Assembly: GCF_009914755.1 (NCBI RefSeq)
Contig: NC_060939.1
Source: the human T2T-CHM13v2.0 reference genome, Homo sapiens
Direction: 5' to 3' (one strand)
Length of the DNA stretch: 64,000 bases
The position numbers and the translations under genes were made by a program. Below the pieces are notes generated by a model. The model saw only the letters and a list, made by a program, of their open reading frames with translations. It did not search any database and was not told where the DNA came from. Of the stretch, positions 62,181-64,000 are shown piece by piece (position 1 is the first letter of the stretch; each line of letters starts with the position of its first letter).

Positions 62181-62936
62181 GGGAAGATTCCCTTAATGTT
62201 TCCCAGTCTATTAAAGGTTTCCTTCCAAAAGGAGCTCATTCTGATCCCATTTAGTACAACACCCTCGTGTATGCCAGATGGCACAGGCATCATAGCTTCA
62301 CAAATGTCATTCTGATCCTCACCTTTAAAATGAAATTCCCTTAGTCTACCTTTCTTTACATAAACTACAAAATTGTAGACAAAGACATGCCAAATTAAAA
62401 GCCTCTTTTGCTAAATATTCTAGAAATAATTTGAGAAAAATGGGCGCAATTTGAGACCTTAGTTGTCTTGGAAAGGGAGTAGGTGGGTATTTGACTATGA
62501 TTCTGGTTGGTATTTCTCCTGTTAACTATTTAAATGTGTGACCTTAAAAGAAAATCATTCAGTCTTGTTGAGACTAATAAATGTCTCACCCAAAAAAAAT
62601 GAACTTAAAATTTCTCCTATGTGTCTTATAGCTCAAAAATTTTCAATTCTGTTTCAAGCCATTCTAACATCCTGGATATTTTCCTGGATATTATAATATC
62701 CAGCTTATAATCTGCATAGGTAAAGTTTTATTTGTATTATGTTCCTTAGGTTTTGTTAAGTTTCTTGCAAGTAGGTTGATATTCTTTAATGTTTAAGTAT
62801 TAAATCTGAGGTGAGCTGAATAGTTACCTGTTATTGTTTTGTGTACTCAATAATTTACAGTAAAATATATTTAGAATTGTTATAGTTGGTTATTAGAAAT
62901 AGAGTTTCTACCTATTGTGGTTTTTAAAGTACCTGT

Positions 62937-63237
62937 GGTCCAGGGGCAGTGGCTCACACCTGTAATCCCAGGACTTTGGGAGGCCAAGGTGGGCGGATCA
63001 CTTGAGGTCGGGAGTTCAAGACCAGCCTAGCCAACATGGCGAAACCCCGTCTCTACAAAATATACAAAAATTAGCTGGGCGTGGTGGCGCGTACCTGTAA
63101 ACCGAGCTACTTGGCAGGCTAAGGCACTAGAATTGCTTCAACCTAGGAGGCGGAAGTTGTAGTGAGCCAAGATCTTGCCTCCACACTCCAGCCTGGGTGA
63201 CAGAGCAAGACTCTGTCTCAAAAAAATAAAAATAAAA
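62937..63237 (+). mobile_element. AluS
   Basis: Sense dimer, TSD-like aaagt(a/g)cctgt. Confidence 0.95.
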
Positions 63238-63513
63238 GTGCCTGTGTATGCAGTGGGCATTCAACAAATAGTTGTTAAATGAATAAATTAAAACCTTGAG
63301 ATTTGCTAAATGCTTAAAACCCAAAAGAAAAAAATAATATTTTTAAGAAAAATATTAAAAATCATTTTAACTATAGCCATGGATAAGTACATAAGCACAC
63401 AAAAAATTAATCACTGTGTTGGTAAAAACCTTATTTCAATACCTCTTTATCCTTCATACAAGAATAAATCTCTGGAAGAGAAAAGAAAAGAAAGCCGCTC
63501 TGAGCGTACCTAC

Positions 63514-63698
63514 CTTTCTACTCTGGAGAGAAGCTCTTTTGACACAGACTGCCCCGTTTAACAGACTCCAGCTGCTGGCACTGCCTTCTGAGTTCTTTCA
63601 CTTCCGAATTCTTATCGTCCTGCAGCCCCACCACAGTCAATGACTAAGTTCCTCTGGACTTTCACATGGATCGTAATAGACAACTTCATCCTGTTTTT
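63514..63698 (-). pseudogene. WHAMM pseudogene exon (WHAMMP family), frameshifted
   Basis: EKQDEVVYYDPCESPEEL...VGLQDDKNSEVKELRRQCQQLES...KRASLQSRK matches recalled WHAMM; ttttag acceptor and AAG|gtaggt donor; in-frame TGA after first deletion. Confidence 0.9.
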
Positions 63699-63819
63699 CT
63701 AAAAAGGTATTAATGATTGTTTAAAACATATTTTATTATTTGTAAAAATGCACTCAATTTTTTTAAATGTAAGGAAAATAAAGATCACTTGTAATCCCAC
63801 CACTGAGAATCACTATTAA

Positions 63820-63990
63820 CATATAAAAAATGTATGTGTATAAATGTAATATACATATACACGTGTATATATACATGACTATACACATGTATTAAGTAGC
63901 ATGTGTGTATATACATGTAAGTAGTATATGCACGTATATATACCTGTACAGACATACGTATATATACACAAGCACATACACATACTACTT
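63820..63990. repeat. Low-complexity (TA/CA/TG) tract
   Basis: Alternating purine-pyrimidine run. Confidence 0.85.
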
Positions 63991-64000
63991 ACATAGCTAC

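Overview
Human (hominid) genomic DNA, about half interspersed repeats (over 30 Alus, old L1 pieces, ERV/MaLR LTRs, MER DNA transposons). There is no complete gene in the window. It is a mosaic segmental duplication of the chromosome 15q11-q13 GOLGA type. Four captured, intron-containing gene fragments were identified by recalled protein similarity: a frameshifted WHAMM exon (63514-63698, minus), MPHOSPH10 exons 2-5 (35405-40816, minus), the 3' half of a GOLGA6L-type golgin with a 21-nt coding tandem repeat (29641-32125, minus), and a lone frameshifted CHRNB4 exon 2 (26596-26743, plus). A chain of orphan minus-strand exon-like units lies further left. I cannot tell which paralogous copy this is (WHAMMP1/2/3 neighbourhoods) from sequence alone. 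The most notable observation is that the golgin fragment is still open for 429 codons without its own 5' exons. The MPHOSPH10 exon 3/4 splice junction creates a strong-context ATG in frame with it, predicting a possible 487-aa MPP10-golgin chimera (inference, untested). Also notable are a CpG-rich tandem array of inverted Alus (8499-9953), a 16-nt inverted copy of the golgin branch-point region at the duplicon breakpoint, and a heavily nested ERVL provirus. Repeat subfamily names are from memory and repeat boundaries are approximate.
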